A DNA stretch of 64,000 bases from Bugula neritina (taxonomy: Eukaryota; Animalia; Bryozoa): the NCBI GenBank assembly GCA_964035545.1, contig OZ037767.1, positions 28,288,628-28,352,627 on the forward strand, written 5' to 3'. The notes under the pieces are model-generated. The model was not told where the DNA came from. It did no database searches and was given only the letters and a program-made list of their open reading frames with translations. A program made the position numbers and the translations under genes. Shown here one piece after another: positions 27,001 to 37,940 of the stretch (position 1 is its first letter; each line of letters starts with the position of its first letter).

Positions 27001-27713
27001 ACCAGTTCTCTCCCCCATATAATCCAATGAATATTCTCCTACACTCAATATACCAACTCCACTCACACCGCTACCGACTCACACAGACTCACCTGCTCTG
27101 ATTGTTCTATGATTGCCATGAGCTGGGTACACCACTGCCTCACATCTTCCAGGGGGCATTGTACAGAGAGGCAGAACAGCCACTCCAGGTGCTGCTCTAG
27201 GATTGTGACTGCACATGCTGTGTTAAGCTCTCCATTTCCCTCTCCGTTGCTGTGAGTACCACCATTACTGTGAGAGAGATTGTGTTGTGCAGATTCTGCA
27301 TCTTTCAGCCACGAAATAATCTGTGAAACACAAGTAGGACTTTGGATTGATAACAAGACATTAAAATACATAATATATTTTGGAACATGGTATATCTGAT
27401 ATCGTACTATATTATTATAATGTAGCACCCCTTTATGTAATAATAATTAACTTTTGGAAATGTCATGCAAGTGATGTACACAATGATGTAAAATAAAAGA
27501 AAACTCACACAGCTAAATATAAAGATACATAAAACTATCAGTTAGACTTGCCTTGCTCTTTAAAATGCTGAAAGTTTTAGCCCGAGAATCAGCACTGCTG
27601 CTAGTGAACCCCTGGTACAAGTATTTCTGAAACTGAGAGATATCGCTGAGGGGGAAACAGTCTAGTGGATATTGAGCTCTACACTCTCCTGGACACATTC
27701 CGTTAGAGGTCAT
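61..27713 (-). CDS. SESN: Sestrin, long isoform, 3' end beyond the window. Coding exons 27713-27552, 27320-27093, 24157-24068, 15593-15564, 4165-3995, 3180-2998, 2888-2694, 2586-2463, 1078-793, 289-61
   Basis: Exons join in frame (1698 nt) with AG/GT ends and one GC donor. Sestrin motifs: GASSFIP (cf. human GPSRFIP), RLDYLTQIMGFHPQYL, AAARHQCTYL, LAHRPW, WTMSELTHAIVLLAHFHAL, FRASDCSWETHG, FTYNT, IWNYIHC..GIRHDDYDY, SEK. The 3' exons are near certain; the four 5' exons are inferred from phase and motif similarity. Confidence 0.88.
5885..5989 (-). CDS. SESN: Sestrin alternative first coding exon (short isoform), MLLTHGHSLSHPSSTTTPAVALPSLHSPYSNQDAM
   Basis: Open 35-codon frame from ATG 5989 ending ATG|GTGAGG (phase 0), compatible with the phase-0 exon at 4165. 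TATAAA lies about 200 bp upstream. Confidence 0.6.
6182..6201 (-). promoter_or_regulatory. Putative internal Sestrin promoter: TATA box with adjacent AP-1 site
   Basis: TATAAA on the minus strand at ~6182-6187 and TGACTCA at 6195-6201; a second TGAGTCA at 6544-6550. Confidence 0.4.
7790..7910 (+). repeat. G-rich degenerate repeat (GTAGAGGTGGG/GAAGGGGGG units), potential G-quadruplex
   Basis: Many runs of 3 or more G separated by short loops. Confidence 0.6.
9550..10030 (+). mobile_element. Degenerate RTE-clade non-LTR retrotransposon reverse-transcriptase fragment
   Basis: Translatable remnants MYEDCR...RITVGVKEDS, KYLGTTI and KEVELRLSKAWNRRNALTEVSCD resemble RTE-type RT motifs (ITVGVHQGS, FKYLGS, AAWNKWRELTGVLCD). 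Interrupted by stops and frameshifts. Confidence 0.65.
12310..12680. repeat. Low-complexity ACAC/AGTAC/ATAC cryptic microsatellite
   Basis: Repeated tacacac/cagtacata motifs, with a local inversion (tgtactgtacatac). Confidence 0.75.
12806..14897. repeat. 23-bp minisatellite, about 91 copies, GAGTAGAYATCCTTACACTGAGT
   Basis: Directly visible uninterrupted tandem array with variants at only about 3 positions. Confidence 0.98.
15205..15340. repeat. 36-bp tandem repeat, about 4 copies
   Basis: GTTAAACTGCTAGTTAGACTCTCAGTGTGACTACCA units. Confidence 0.9.
16020..16558 (+). repeat. 5' LTR (539 bp)
   Basis: TG...CA ends, 9-bp terminal inverted repeat, TATAAA at ~16340, AATAAA at 16441; near-identical to the 3' LTR. 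Confidence 0.97.
16561..16577 (+). other. Primer-binding site, tRNA-Pro type with a CG>GC swap
   Basis: TGGGGGCTGCTCCGGGA, 2 nt after the LTR, versus the canonical tRNA-Pro PBS TGGGGGCTCGTCCGGGAT. Confidence 0.85.
16655..19762 (+). CDS. Gag-protease-integrase polyprotein (1035 aa), no RT
   Basis: Coiled coil; capsid with SCAN-like C-terminal domain (TEQFISSCPDDLAVHLK); two CCHC knuckles (CFICKDKSHIARNC, CSHCKMNNHNTSDC); protease RDTG; integrase HHCC, D(AIDL)..D(SDQG)-35-E(LVEK) and GPF motif. No YxDD RT core. Confidence 0.95.
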   Translation: MALLERVTQMGKDLGLVEDKLIAFVEKNLPIVAAQEEKEKDREERRLEREAEKIRQENEKALMEMKIKADQEAMALKVKADQEAEERRQRHELDMEKLKADTSLEHSRHESTRLEIANKPKPKIPFFDEKVDEMDSYLERFEWVAEGCNWDKGDWPYHLSQYLRGTATEAYIRLSPTDRRDYKRVKEALLERFNLTQEGYRKKLREAEAYEDETPAQLFTRIESYVHKWVELSGGMDIAKLVATEQFISSCPDDLAVHLKQSSYNSSEDMCDAASLFLHARGRKLAKTKKTNTKRMENTPADSMNAEQGSKSNGACFICKDKSHIARNCPRRGKKYCSHCKMNNHNTSDCRKYGGRSVHAAAAIATTQNKTMVTDPGISSKVEEPTEITVNGKKFVNTAVCKNGPKFKDGGTAIFDAEVNGQRATVMRDTGCGCIVVNAKYVQPQQLTGESVYLNMADASVREAQWALISVRSPFYNGVVKAAVMDKTICDLLIGNVDGARSADQPLENWKDCAVTTRAQAVKEKSGDKPLMVDSNANPLSIGKDEIAKMQRDDPTLERFFDAKEVKEKKGGITRFVVRNKILYREYTDSKSVSVKPVKQLMVPSSLRKEVLQKAHDCIMSGHLGVKKTTDRVLSNFFWPGLNGDVVRFCQSCDICQKTVKKGSVMKVPVQETPLIDTPFKRCAIDLIGPINPPSEKGHRYILTLVDYATRYPEATPLKNIDSATVAEALLDIYSRVGIPEEVISDQGTQFISDYMKEFTRLLDMRQLPTSPYHAMANGLVEKFNGTLKSVLKKLCAKEPRQWHRFINAALFAYREVPQESTGFAPFELLYGRTVRGPMYILRQLWTKEDTADEVKTCYQHVFELRERLDDMMEMALASLKDSQKRYKHYFDKKAKQRDFKSGDKVLILLPTDGNKLLMHWQGPFNIEEKVRLNDYIINIKGKRRTYHANMLKKYFERETPTDSMTVGAVMTLDAAGAGIIDHDKEREECEDNLLDLYSNKQQSDEMGYVFTELHNQGGVNKRKGQCWSRLSKPN
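19653..19775 (+). pseudogene. Out-of-frame remnant of the RNase H C-terminus
   Basis: INSRVMRWAMYLQNFIIKVESTRGKDNVGADYLSRID matches the Ty3/Gypsy RNase H end motif (R..RW...L..F...I....G..N..AD.LSR). Confidence 0.9.
19822..20360 (+). repeat. 3' LTR (539 bp)
   Basis: One difference seen by eye versus the 5' LTR (acctacag/accaacag). Confidence 0.97.
20471..20799. repeat. 23-bp minisatellite, about 14 copies, CAGTAGTATACAATGTAACACTA
   Basis: Visible tandem array. Confidence 0.95.
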
Positions 27714-28396
27714 GTTCTCAACTAACAAACAGATACAGATAAATGCTACGAAAATACCACTGAATATTTACATATATTTATATATATGAGAAAAAGAAGA
27801 ATGATATGTGTTGGTGCAACACAATATAATCCAGACACTATCTTGTTTATATATTATGTAGTTGGACTGAATGATGCAATGACATGGTTACTCTCAAGGA
27901 TATACATATTTCAGTAGAATAACAGTAAACAAACCATGTCGCAACACGGAATTCCTAACGATCATTATGGAAATTATAGAAATTGGGCTATTAAAAGTTC
28001 TCCACTACTACACCTACTGTCTACAAGAACTGCATAATATATTACACAGGAGCTGAAGAAACATGTCCTAGTTCCTACTAAAGAGTGCAAAAGAGTTGGG
28101 CTGTAATTAAACCATCTCCTTAGAGGATAGTTTGTAGGACAGCAAGATATACAAAATGGAAATTTAGCAGTACGTGAATGAGTGATAGGTGCAGTGTTCT
28201 ATAAAATAATACTAGCAAAAATAATTCCAACTTGCCCCTCAAACCAACATTTATAAAGAAGTTAGGCTGCTGGAATTTCTCCATTAATGCAGAAAAATGT
28301 TAAAAAAAAACTTTTCAGAGTAACGACTTCCTAACTCGCACTCAGACGGTAGGAAATCTAATAGGTATATTAACATGCATGTGCTCACACACCAGG

Positions 28397-28531
28397 CTGT
28401 AACACACTTACGTACCTTACTAACTGTAACACACTTACGTACCTTACTAACTGTAACACACTTACGTACCTTACTAACTGTAACACACTTACGTACCTTA
28501 CTAACTGTAACACACTTATGTACCTTACTAA
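28397..28531. repeat. 27-bp minisatellite, 5 copies, CTGTAACACACTTACGTACCTTACTAA
   Basis: Visible tandem array; it explains the repetitive ORF 28385-28579. Confidence 0.95.
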
Positions 28532-31500
28532 CTTACTTAGAGACAGATGATTGAAGCTTGTAGTTGATGCTGGAGCCAAGGGAGCTGCTAAACTTATATC
28601 TACTATCTATCTCAACACCAGTCTTCAATCTAATCTATAATTGGTAATTATGCACAGTCAGCATAATCAAATAAGTGTTAGCCAATAGAATGCATCCTCT
28701 ACAATCTACAGTATGTAACAGCCAGCCAGACACTACTGTGTCTCAACCAACCAATGATGTTATAGTTAACAACTAGCCAGCCAATGACACCATAGTTAAC
28801 AATTAGCCAGCCAATTGTCCATTGCATTGTCCATTTAACTAAAAAAATATTCTGACCACTAACTGTAACAATGCACCTTTAAAACTTTTATAAGAGTAAA
28901 TATCTTTATACCATATATTATTAATTTTCGGTCAAGAACTACAGAGTGGAGATAGAGAGCTTCCCTTACTTCAAATCAATAGCTAAATAGAATGGATTAT
29001 TTTTCAGGTTTTTATCACTTGCCAGTCAATGTAGGTCATACCTTCAATCTAAAAAAAGCTTTGCTAATGGCAGAATAAATGTTTATTACTATAAGGTTAT
29101 AGTGGCTGGTAATCACTAACCAACATAAACAAATAAAAGCAAAGTATTACAACACAACAGGCCTTTCTTATCCATTGTATAGGCCATGACTTGCAGTATT
29201 TATGTCTACCAACTAAATAAATTCAACAAATTGAATTTCATATTTAGTAAAGTATGTTACCGATTGAGTACTTTTCGTATCATTCGCAAGCTGAAATTTA
29301 TGGCTCCTCATAAACTATATAATTATGCAGTTTGCATGCTGTACCATTATAATAATTTTATCTACAATGTAGAAGCAAGGCTATTAATTGTCTTTAGATT
29401 ATTATATAAATTTACATAACTCATTCAAAATATACCTAAAACTAAATTTCAAAGTTTCAATACATGTTTTTTTGTTAGATAAATGAGGGTGCTCTTGAGA
29501 TTTCCAAGGACATAAAAAGTCTTCAACTTTCCCTACTAGAATGATGCAATACCAATAAGCTGTTGTCATTATTATGTAGTCAACTCCTAACGGTTTCAAA
29601 GAAAATCATTATTTTTCTAGTAATATATTAGCCATGGCCAGTACCCATTACTGGACAAGAGTATTTACATTATATTATGATAAAGATTATGCTTTCTGTA
29701 CGAGTTAATTAAAACATGTCAACATTGTATCTGTGACACGAAAATCTATAAATTATTGATAGGAATTAGAGCACCTTACAGTGTGCTGACACTTGTTACT
29801 GATGACCAATATAACTGGCAGAGATAATATACCAGCTTCTTGCATAAGCTCTTGTTCCACTACCACTTATGCATACAAGATAAACCAGCATTGGCTAGTT
29901 GTTCTGTTCAAGTAGATGAAACTTTTGTAAAAGTAATAGATTGGAAGTGTAATTATTGTATGCAGTACTATGCCACACAATAACCTATCTAAATGATGCA
30001 CTGGTTATTGCATTATACATAATATTTCATGTGTCACATTATTTCGTGTTGGATGGTACTTGAAATAGCCATACATACTTTTTTAGCACCAGAAACAATA
30101 TATTTTCAACATTTAACCACATTATTACTCTTCCCAAGTATTGCATAGCTAGTATATGGAGGCCAGGAATAAAATGTATTATGATTTCCGCCATATACAG
30201 ACTGCATATACAGACACCTGGTTTACCTTGACTTTCTATTATAAAATAACATCTTAAAAAATAAAAAAATGTCTTCCTTTATGCTTGCCCTACATAAATT
30301 AGTTAACTCAATGCAGTAAGTCTGAAAATCCATAATTAGTTGATTAGTTGATAAAATAATGTGTTAATTATTGATGTCAAAATGATAACACAACCAGCTG
30401 CTAATAATAGGATAAAAGAAATAAATTTCAATTTATCTTTCAATTTCGTTACATAATGCTATAAAAGTTGAGAGAAAGTTTCACATGGTTTAGCTAGTGC
30501 GTTATGCTACTAAAGAAAACCAGTAGCATTCAACAACATGAAGTTGAGTTACTAAATCATTTACTGCTATGACATTTGAGTGTAGTAGTTTGAGAAAGGG
30601 GCAACAGTTTACACTATAATAATTTTGCACTTGAGTTCAAAACCACAATGGACTGAAATGAGAAAAAAATGCATATAGTATCACTAAGAAGCATGAAGCC
30701 AAGTTGTAATTGATGGAATGCACCTATGTAATGTGATACCCACTGCCCTATGCTTTAGCAATACAATCAGCTAAGCCCTGTCTATTGTCAGGATTACAGC
30801 AACATCAAGAAATACAGTATGGGGTCTCCTGGCCAATGCCCTGAGTTTTGTAACTAATTTTGTAAAATGGCAACCAAAACTTGTACTAAATGATAAGTGA
30901 CCCTAACTAATGAATGATGAATGAGTAGCTTTACTACAATGGGTTTAAAGAAAACTGCAAGTCCAGCAATTACACCCCTGGCCATTATTATTTTATACTA
31001 TTCTAAGTGAGCACATTATAATATGTTATCACTAGTATGTTAAAGAAATAACAATGTCCATCAAGAATCTATATAATTGCAAAATAATCCTATAATTTAC
31101 AAGTTTATGAAGAGCAGTATTTTCTTAATGTTTGAATTAGACTATACTATTTAGAAAAAACTAATCTCCCCAACAGGTATAAATAATAAATTAAATGCCA
31201 AATTATGCGAATCTTAATTAATATGCTTTTAGCTACTATTCCTGAATGGAATTGTGTAAATCCTACAGCAGTAAACTAAAAGTAAAACAGCAAATCAATT
31301 GGTTATCAACTTACACTTGAAAACTGTTAGCATCGGAAAGTGAAAGAGGGCTTGAAGAGATATATATTTTAAATGTTTATAGATCTTCTAACAAAGCACA
31401 TTGGTGTTGAATGATTCACTAACCTAGCTCACTTCAAAAATTCATTTCATTCATCTATGAGCAAAAATATAGATTTTATCCTTATTTTGGTTCTAAAATT

Positions 31501-32499
31501 TTTGATTTGGCACATGGATTATGAGCTCCAACAGCAGACAACTTCTTATGCCACAAATGTTCACTAGAACTATAACTAACTGAAAAAGCTGCAACTTTGC
31601 ATCAACTGTAAGTTACAAGGTCTGACTGTGAATATATGTGCAATACAACAACAGTAATATTAACTTACAGTCAATTAACTTTAACTTGAAGTATAAGTGA
31701 AAGTATACCACCGACAGTAACTCAGCAGTAGTGCATTCAATTAAAAGTAAATGTGACAGTGAAGCACACAACACTAATTACTAATAGGAATAGTAGCGGA
31801 GAATCGATGCTGTACAGTGCATGTAATAGTATATTAATATTTTTGGACCTTACAAATGGCCTAGTTACTTTTACAGACTACTGATGATTAAATCTAATTA
31901 GAACTAGCACTAAATTTGAGTGAGTTTATAGTCCTATAAGTATACATGTAACGTTACTTATAAGCTAGATCACTCATATTAATCAATGAGATTATTACTA
32001 TAAATATTGAATAATTATATTACTATCACTCAGTGAGTATTAGTATTAGCATTAAATTTAATATTATGTATTATTAATAAATAGAAGCTCAAGTTAAGAA
32101 TCAATTAATTTTATAATTCAGCACAACTACAAGCATAATATTAGTTCCTAACTCAGTTATAGTTTTAAAGTTATGACTAGTTGCTGTTGGTGTTACTCTA
32201 GCTCCAAGACTGCAACTGACTAACTATCAGTCTCTGAGCAAGACTATCACTATCAGTACCACTGTGACTATCACTATCAGTTCACCAAGAGGCAGAGTGA
32301 GAGCAAGTGCAATAGTAACAATTTTAATTAAATTTTTCATCAAGTTTTGACAAGTATAACATTAAGTTTAACTGCAAAATAAAAATGCAACAAATAACTC
32401 AATAATGATTAGCTACTGCTAGACATAAGATTTACACGAGACTCGGACTAAACAGAATTCTAAATTAAAAATCGGGAGCTCTAGCTTCTAGTCTTACTC

Positions 32500-33220
32500 T
32501 TACTCTTAGTGATAGTCTAAAAGAGACATCCTTAGGCCTTAGTATTACTAATACTAATAGTAATAGTATTACTATTAAGTATTAGTACTAGTAGTAGTAC
32601 TACTAGTCTACTAGTTGAAATAAGGGCAAACTTACAGTTACTAAACTAATTGAAATTTACATTCACAGTGTAAATACTAAATATAAATTTGAAATCAAAT
32701 AACTTACTCACAGTTACTATAGTTTAGTGTTACACAAGTAAAGTTAATCCTAATCGGATAAACTTAATGAGTTATACTTATAGTTATTGTTAATGTTATA
32801 CGAATACTAATAGTAATACTTATAAGTTATAACTTATAAGCATCGGTATCGTTTTACGAATAGTATTTAAGTAGTAATAATACTAATAGTAATACTAATA
32901 CTAATAGTAATAGTAATACAAATATTAACAGTAACACTAAAAGTATTACTATTACTATTACATTTTGATTTAGTGATTTACACAGTTACATTAAACTTAC
33001 TCTTAGTAACACTAATACTAACAGTATTACTATTACTATTAGTATTAGTAATACTAATACTAATAGTATTAGTATTAGTAATACTAATAGTAATATTAAT
33101 ACAGTAATACTAATACTGTAATACTAATACTAATAGTAATACTAATACTAATAGTAATACTTATACTAATAGTAATACTAATAGTAATAGTAATACTAAT
33201 ACTAATAGTAATACTTCAAG
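32500..33220. repeat. (AATACT/AATAGT)n and TAG/TAC-rich simple-repeat tract
   Basis: Long run of taatac/taatag hexamers in both orientations. Confidence 0.9.
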
Positions 33221-33907
33221 TTTAACTGACTAAAATCCAAAATCAAAAAGAAAACTTGTTGTAGCTATTCTAAATAGTTACCAGAATTCGCAGAAATCCA
33301 AAGCAAGAATTATGAGTACTACTACTACTACTAGCCACGGTGGGAATGTTCGGGAGTTTAAATTCCCATGCCTGAAAATGTTTATAAATATTAATGTGGC
33401 AATTTGTCAAAAGTGCCCTTGCGAAGTAACACTAACAGATCGATTGTGTAAAATTTGTTTTACGAGCGGTTGCTAATACACCCTTCTCTAGAACTTTTCA
33501 AATGTCAGTAATAATCGCTACGACAAAATTTAGAGCCGCAAACTATAATTATTTATTTAGCAAGGCAACCGGCGAATGCCAGTGTACGTATAGACCGGCT
33601 ATCATTGACAACAATGATAGTACCGCTACGTTCTGTCGGACCAATTGACTCTTCACCAGCCATAAACTAAACCGTGAAAAGACAACTCTGATATACTAGC
33701 AACCAATGTAGTAATATTAGTTTGAAAAAAACTTGACAAAGTTTACCTTTACGTGACTGCATTATATAAAAAGATTACTCAACCCAGAAATCCAACCTCC
33801 TTGAGAATGTAACTGCAGAAGCAACACAGTCTGCCCCCTATACGGCAACGTGTGAACAGGGGGTTAATAATATGCACCATGACATTACGCTGATCATTGC
33901 GTTATAG

Positions 33908-34098
33908 GTGACACATGCTCCTGCAGTAGTTTGGGTAACAAGTATACACCAATTGTAGCAGATGGGTGCAAGTCTTTCACACTGACCATTCAAGACAGCG
34001 ACTACTTGCTGAATTGCCCTTCTTACTCGACCTTTGACCTCAAAACCTGTGCCTGTAGGTCCGCAACCAATGTCCACTGCAAACCATGTAATGCATAG
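33908..34098 (+). pseudogene. Orphan exon 2 of a Cys-rich CBM14-like peptide gene (copy 0); no signal-peptide exon found
   Basis: GTTATAG acceptor, then 191 nt encoding GDTCSCSSLGNKYTPIVADGCKSFTLTIQDSDYLLNCPSYSTFDLKTCACRSATNVHCKPCNA*, the same length as exon 2 of the paralogs. One Cys changed to Ser. Confidence 0.75.
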
Positions 34099-34221
34099 TG
34101 TCCGTGAAGGTTCATATTATGCTCTTTTATGTTTACGTTTGTGTCAAAACTGTTGGTTTACACAAAAAAAAAATACTATTGATTTTTGACCAGTTGACAT
34201 ATTATTTTGAAAAACTGCAAC

Positions 34222-34275
<54 letters not shown>

Positions 34276-34534
34276 CAGTTTTTTAAATAATAGGTCAATG
34301 AACCTATTTTGTAAGCTAACACATGATGGATTGGAACGTTTTTTATTTGAAAGTTGGAAGCTATTCAAAAAGTTGCTCAATCATGAGTTAATGAATGTTG
34401 AACTGTGAGAGTGACACTTACATTACAAAAGTACCACAACCCTGATGATCAAAGTCCTGAAATAGATTTGAATGGCCATATAAGGAAGTAATTAAAACAA
34501 TGAGGAGGGCTCCTCTCCAAATAAAACTTCACCA

Positions 34535-34540
34535 TATAAA
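34535..34540 (+). promoter_or_regulatory. TATA box of peptide gene A (homologous boxes at 41632 and 48287)
   Basis: TATAAACTCGAGAGAGTCCAGTTAGATTCACAGTC is conserved about 85 bp upstream of the ATG in all three genes. Confidence 0.8.
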
Positions 34541-34617
34541 CTCGAGAGAGTCCAGTTAGATTCACAGTCTCTCCTCAATACACACTTAGAGTATTGCTTG
34601 CAAATTATAAAAAGAAT

Positions 34618-35558
34618 ATGAAGGTGGCAGTTATTGTATTAGCAGTAGCCTTGGTTCTAGCTGTGAGTGCTTCAGCTTCACCCTGTCCAGATGGTAAGTA
34701 CTGCTGTTTAGTGCTGCTCTGCTATAACTTACTTATAAAAGCGTTTATCTTGTTTATGAGAAACTATTGCATTAGGAATACCATACTATTATATTGTAAA
34801 AAGGTTTAATTTGAATTTTTAACTATAGGTAATTACAAAAGTATATTATATGAATTGTGTTGCAGAGCCACAATATTTAATTAGTAAAAATATAGTCATT
34901 TTTGGAAGGTTTGATGTAAAAATGACATCTGGGATCTATCCCTGGCTTTCAATGGTTAGATCTCAGATTGATCTCAGAATGATTGAGTTTTCTTAATCAT
35001 TGTGATGGAAGTCAAAATTTTGACACTTGAAAAGGTGGCTATTATGATTATTCAGTACTTTGCCTAGTAGCCAACAATAATTTTATCATTTTTATTAGCA
35101 CACACCAATACTGTAGGCTTCGTGTAGTTGTGAACAAAATAATATAAAGTTTTTTCCTTCTCTTCATAGATAAAGGCCAAAGCATATAAATCTACAAGTA
35201 AAATACATAAAACAATACATACAATACCCACTGTACAATTACTCTACATAATATGTGAATAGTTTTCACTTCTCATAGTGCAATCATAATCCTCTAATAT
35301 TGACATGTTTGCTACCCCATGATGTAATAATATGCACCATGACATTACGGTGAACATTTCGTTATAGGTGACACATGCTCCTGCTGTATTCGGGGTAGCA
35401 AGTATACACCAAGTATAGCAGATGGGTGCCAGTCTTTCATACTGACTACTCAAGATGGTGACAACTCGGGTAACTGCCCTCCTGGCTTGGCCTTTGACCT
35501 CCATGCCTGTACTTGTGGTTTTGCAGCCAATGTTCAATGCAAACCATGTAATGCATAG
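34618..35558 (+). CDS. Secreted 10-Cys CBM14/peritrophin-A-like peptide A (88 aa); exons 34618-34693 and 35368-35558
   Basis: Signal peptide MKVAVIVLAVALVLAVSA, phase-1 GT-AG intron, mature ...SPCPDGDTCSCCIRGSKYTPSIADGCQSFILTTQDGDNSGNCPPGLAFDLHACTCGFAANVQCKPCNA*. CP.GL.FD...C motif of chitin-binding type 2. Confidence 0.88.
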
Positions 35559-37940
35559 CCTGAATGCTCTTTTATGTTTATGTTTTATGTTTGTGTCAAA
35601 ACAGTTGGTTTGCACAAAGAAAAAATACTATTGATTTTTGACCAGTTGAATCTTCACCAACCACCAACTAAGTCGTGAAAAGACAACTCTGATATATTAA
35701 CAACCGCCACACTTTATAGTGATATTATTTTTAATGGAATTATTTTGAAAGAACTTGACAAAGTTTACCTTTACGTAAATATATTATATCAAATATTTTT
35801 GAATTAATGTTTTCTTACATGCTGCTAATATCAAATGTAAACAATTAAGCTCTTCCAAAATAATGTTACTGAAATAAAGTTTTTTCGAAAACTTTGGATA
35901 AATACTAGAGTTGTCTCCTCACAATTTAGATGCATACATGTAGTGCAGGTTTTTCATGTTCAATTTACTAAGAATAACAACTTTTTCTATCCTCTTTGTG
36001 CAAGTTAATGTATGTTTTATTTCTTATTACATGTCAATATGCTGGGTTATATTTTATTGTGAGTGATTTAAATAACGAAGAGTTGCATTAAATGTTATGC
36101 TCTTACAAACCACTTCTAAATGAAGTATCAAGTTTTAAAACAAAATCAGAACTATTTAGACTCATGTCATAATAAACCAATATTATTATTTATTGAGTTG
36201 GCAGTTGCTTCACTAATTGCTTAATGTATACAATTTCCGGCTTGCAAGTTTTAATTCCAAACTGTACTGCTTGGATTATACAGAGTATAGCTGTGGTCGT
36301 AATATGCCTATGAAATAGAGAATGAAGAACTTGGATTATTGTTTTTCGTTTCAAATAAATTGATTTTAGTATTTGTTTGTTCCATGCATGAACGAAAATT
36401 CATTTGAAGAGCTAGAAGTGTGAATACTTAGTGTATATAGATAAATTGTAACACCTTGTTGAATGTACTGAGGTTTTATTTATAAAATAATATATTATAT
36501 CATGTAATCAGCAAACCATTACTGTGAGCTGATGAATGCTGGTAGGTAATAAAGCAGTAGAGCTAAATGGCATGTTTATCTATTCACTGGTTTCCATCAC
36601 TTCTGAGAATTGGATGTTTGGAAACAGTTACATCGAATAAGTTAATACAAACCAAAACCACAAATCTATTGAAGCAATAGAAACTCTAACAGATTTTTAT
36701 TATTAGCAGCTAGTAAATTGATTGGCAATATTGCCAGGCTTCCAGGTAAAGACATATACTGGCAAGTAAATTACTCTGCAAAATTTTATGAACCAAGATA
36801 CGAATTATACTATTTGAATTGCAACAGTTCCTTTTTAGTTTATAAGTTTTCTGACTCAAATTGATTAAAGATTCTCACCAGGCACACTTTAATAAATTTC
36901 AGCCATTGTGCTTTCAATCTTATTTTAACTCTCAGTACAATACCTGTTGTATTTTAAGTTAGAGAAATACATATTTATTATAGCAGGCTGAAAGAAAAGC
37001 AATGTGTGAAAAAAGGTTATCTCATGAGTTACAAGTTGCCAGTACAAGTGTGAGGTGCAAGTCTGGATAAGTAAAGAGCTGCTGGGTTTTTATAGTAGTA
37101 AAAATGTTGGCTTTTGTGTATTAGCTATAACGAAAGTGGAAAAGCATAATATAGCTGAGATGGTATATGAAAAGCCATTGTTCATTAAGGAAAGCTTATG
37201 TAAAGTCCCAATAATTCCAAAACTAAAAGACATCACCTTTCTTATTAAAACATTGAATTTTAAAATCAATTCACCAATTTGTACTAGCAGTTTGGAAATT
37301 CCCCTGCAAGTTATATTAACTACTAAAATTGTATTCATGCATACTTTGTGATTATCTGTATTACATAAACTAATAATGCGTATTAAAATTGAAAATTTTG
37401 AAAGTATATTTAACAGCTGGTTGTATTTTTTTCTGTATTAAAAGCCTAAAAAGATAAGTTTCAGATTTCTGAACCTTGCCTGAGTTTTTGAATTCAGGCT
37501 AATCCTTTTACAGAATTTAGGGTAGTGCTTAATCATTATAAACCAAGTAGCAAAATAACCGGTTTTTAAGAGTTTTCATTATCATGTTGGCAAATTATTT
37601 TTAAGTTTTGTCAGCAAAGTTGTGAAATCAGATAAAAAATAATATTACAAGAATTTAATTTAAGGTCAAGTGTCATTCTAGTTATATTTTTATTACAAAT
37701 GTACTATAAGAATCTATTCAATGGGTTTCATGTTTTATTACCAAAGTTGTCTGCTCTTGCAAGTTGTGTCGGGAGTTTTCTATCTACTTTTAAACAGTAA
37801 AACATTTGCTTAATAGTTTTTGCAACTTAAACCTTAATTTCCATTGTGCATTTATGCAACCTGAGCAGTAAATATTGCACATGACATGCAATCTTAATAC
37901 TGTTTTGTATCTATTTATGCATACATTACATATTTATACA

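Noticed and set aside
32227-32340. 37-aa hydrophobic minus-strand ORF (MKNLIKIVTIALALTL...)
   Set aside because: The alternating hydrophobic residues arise from hexamer repeats; no independent support.
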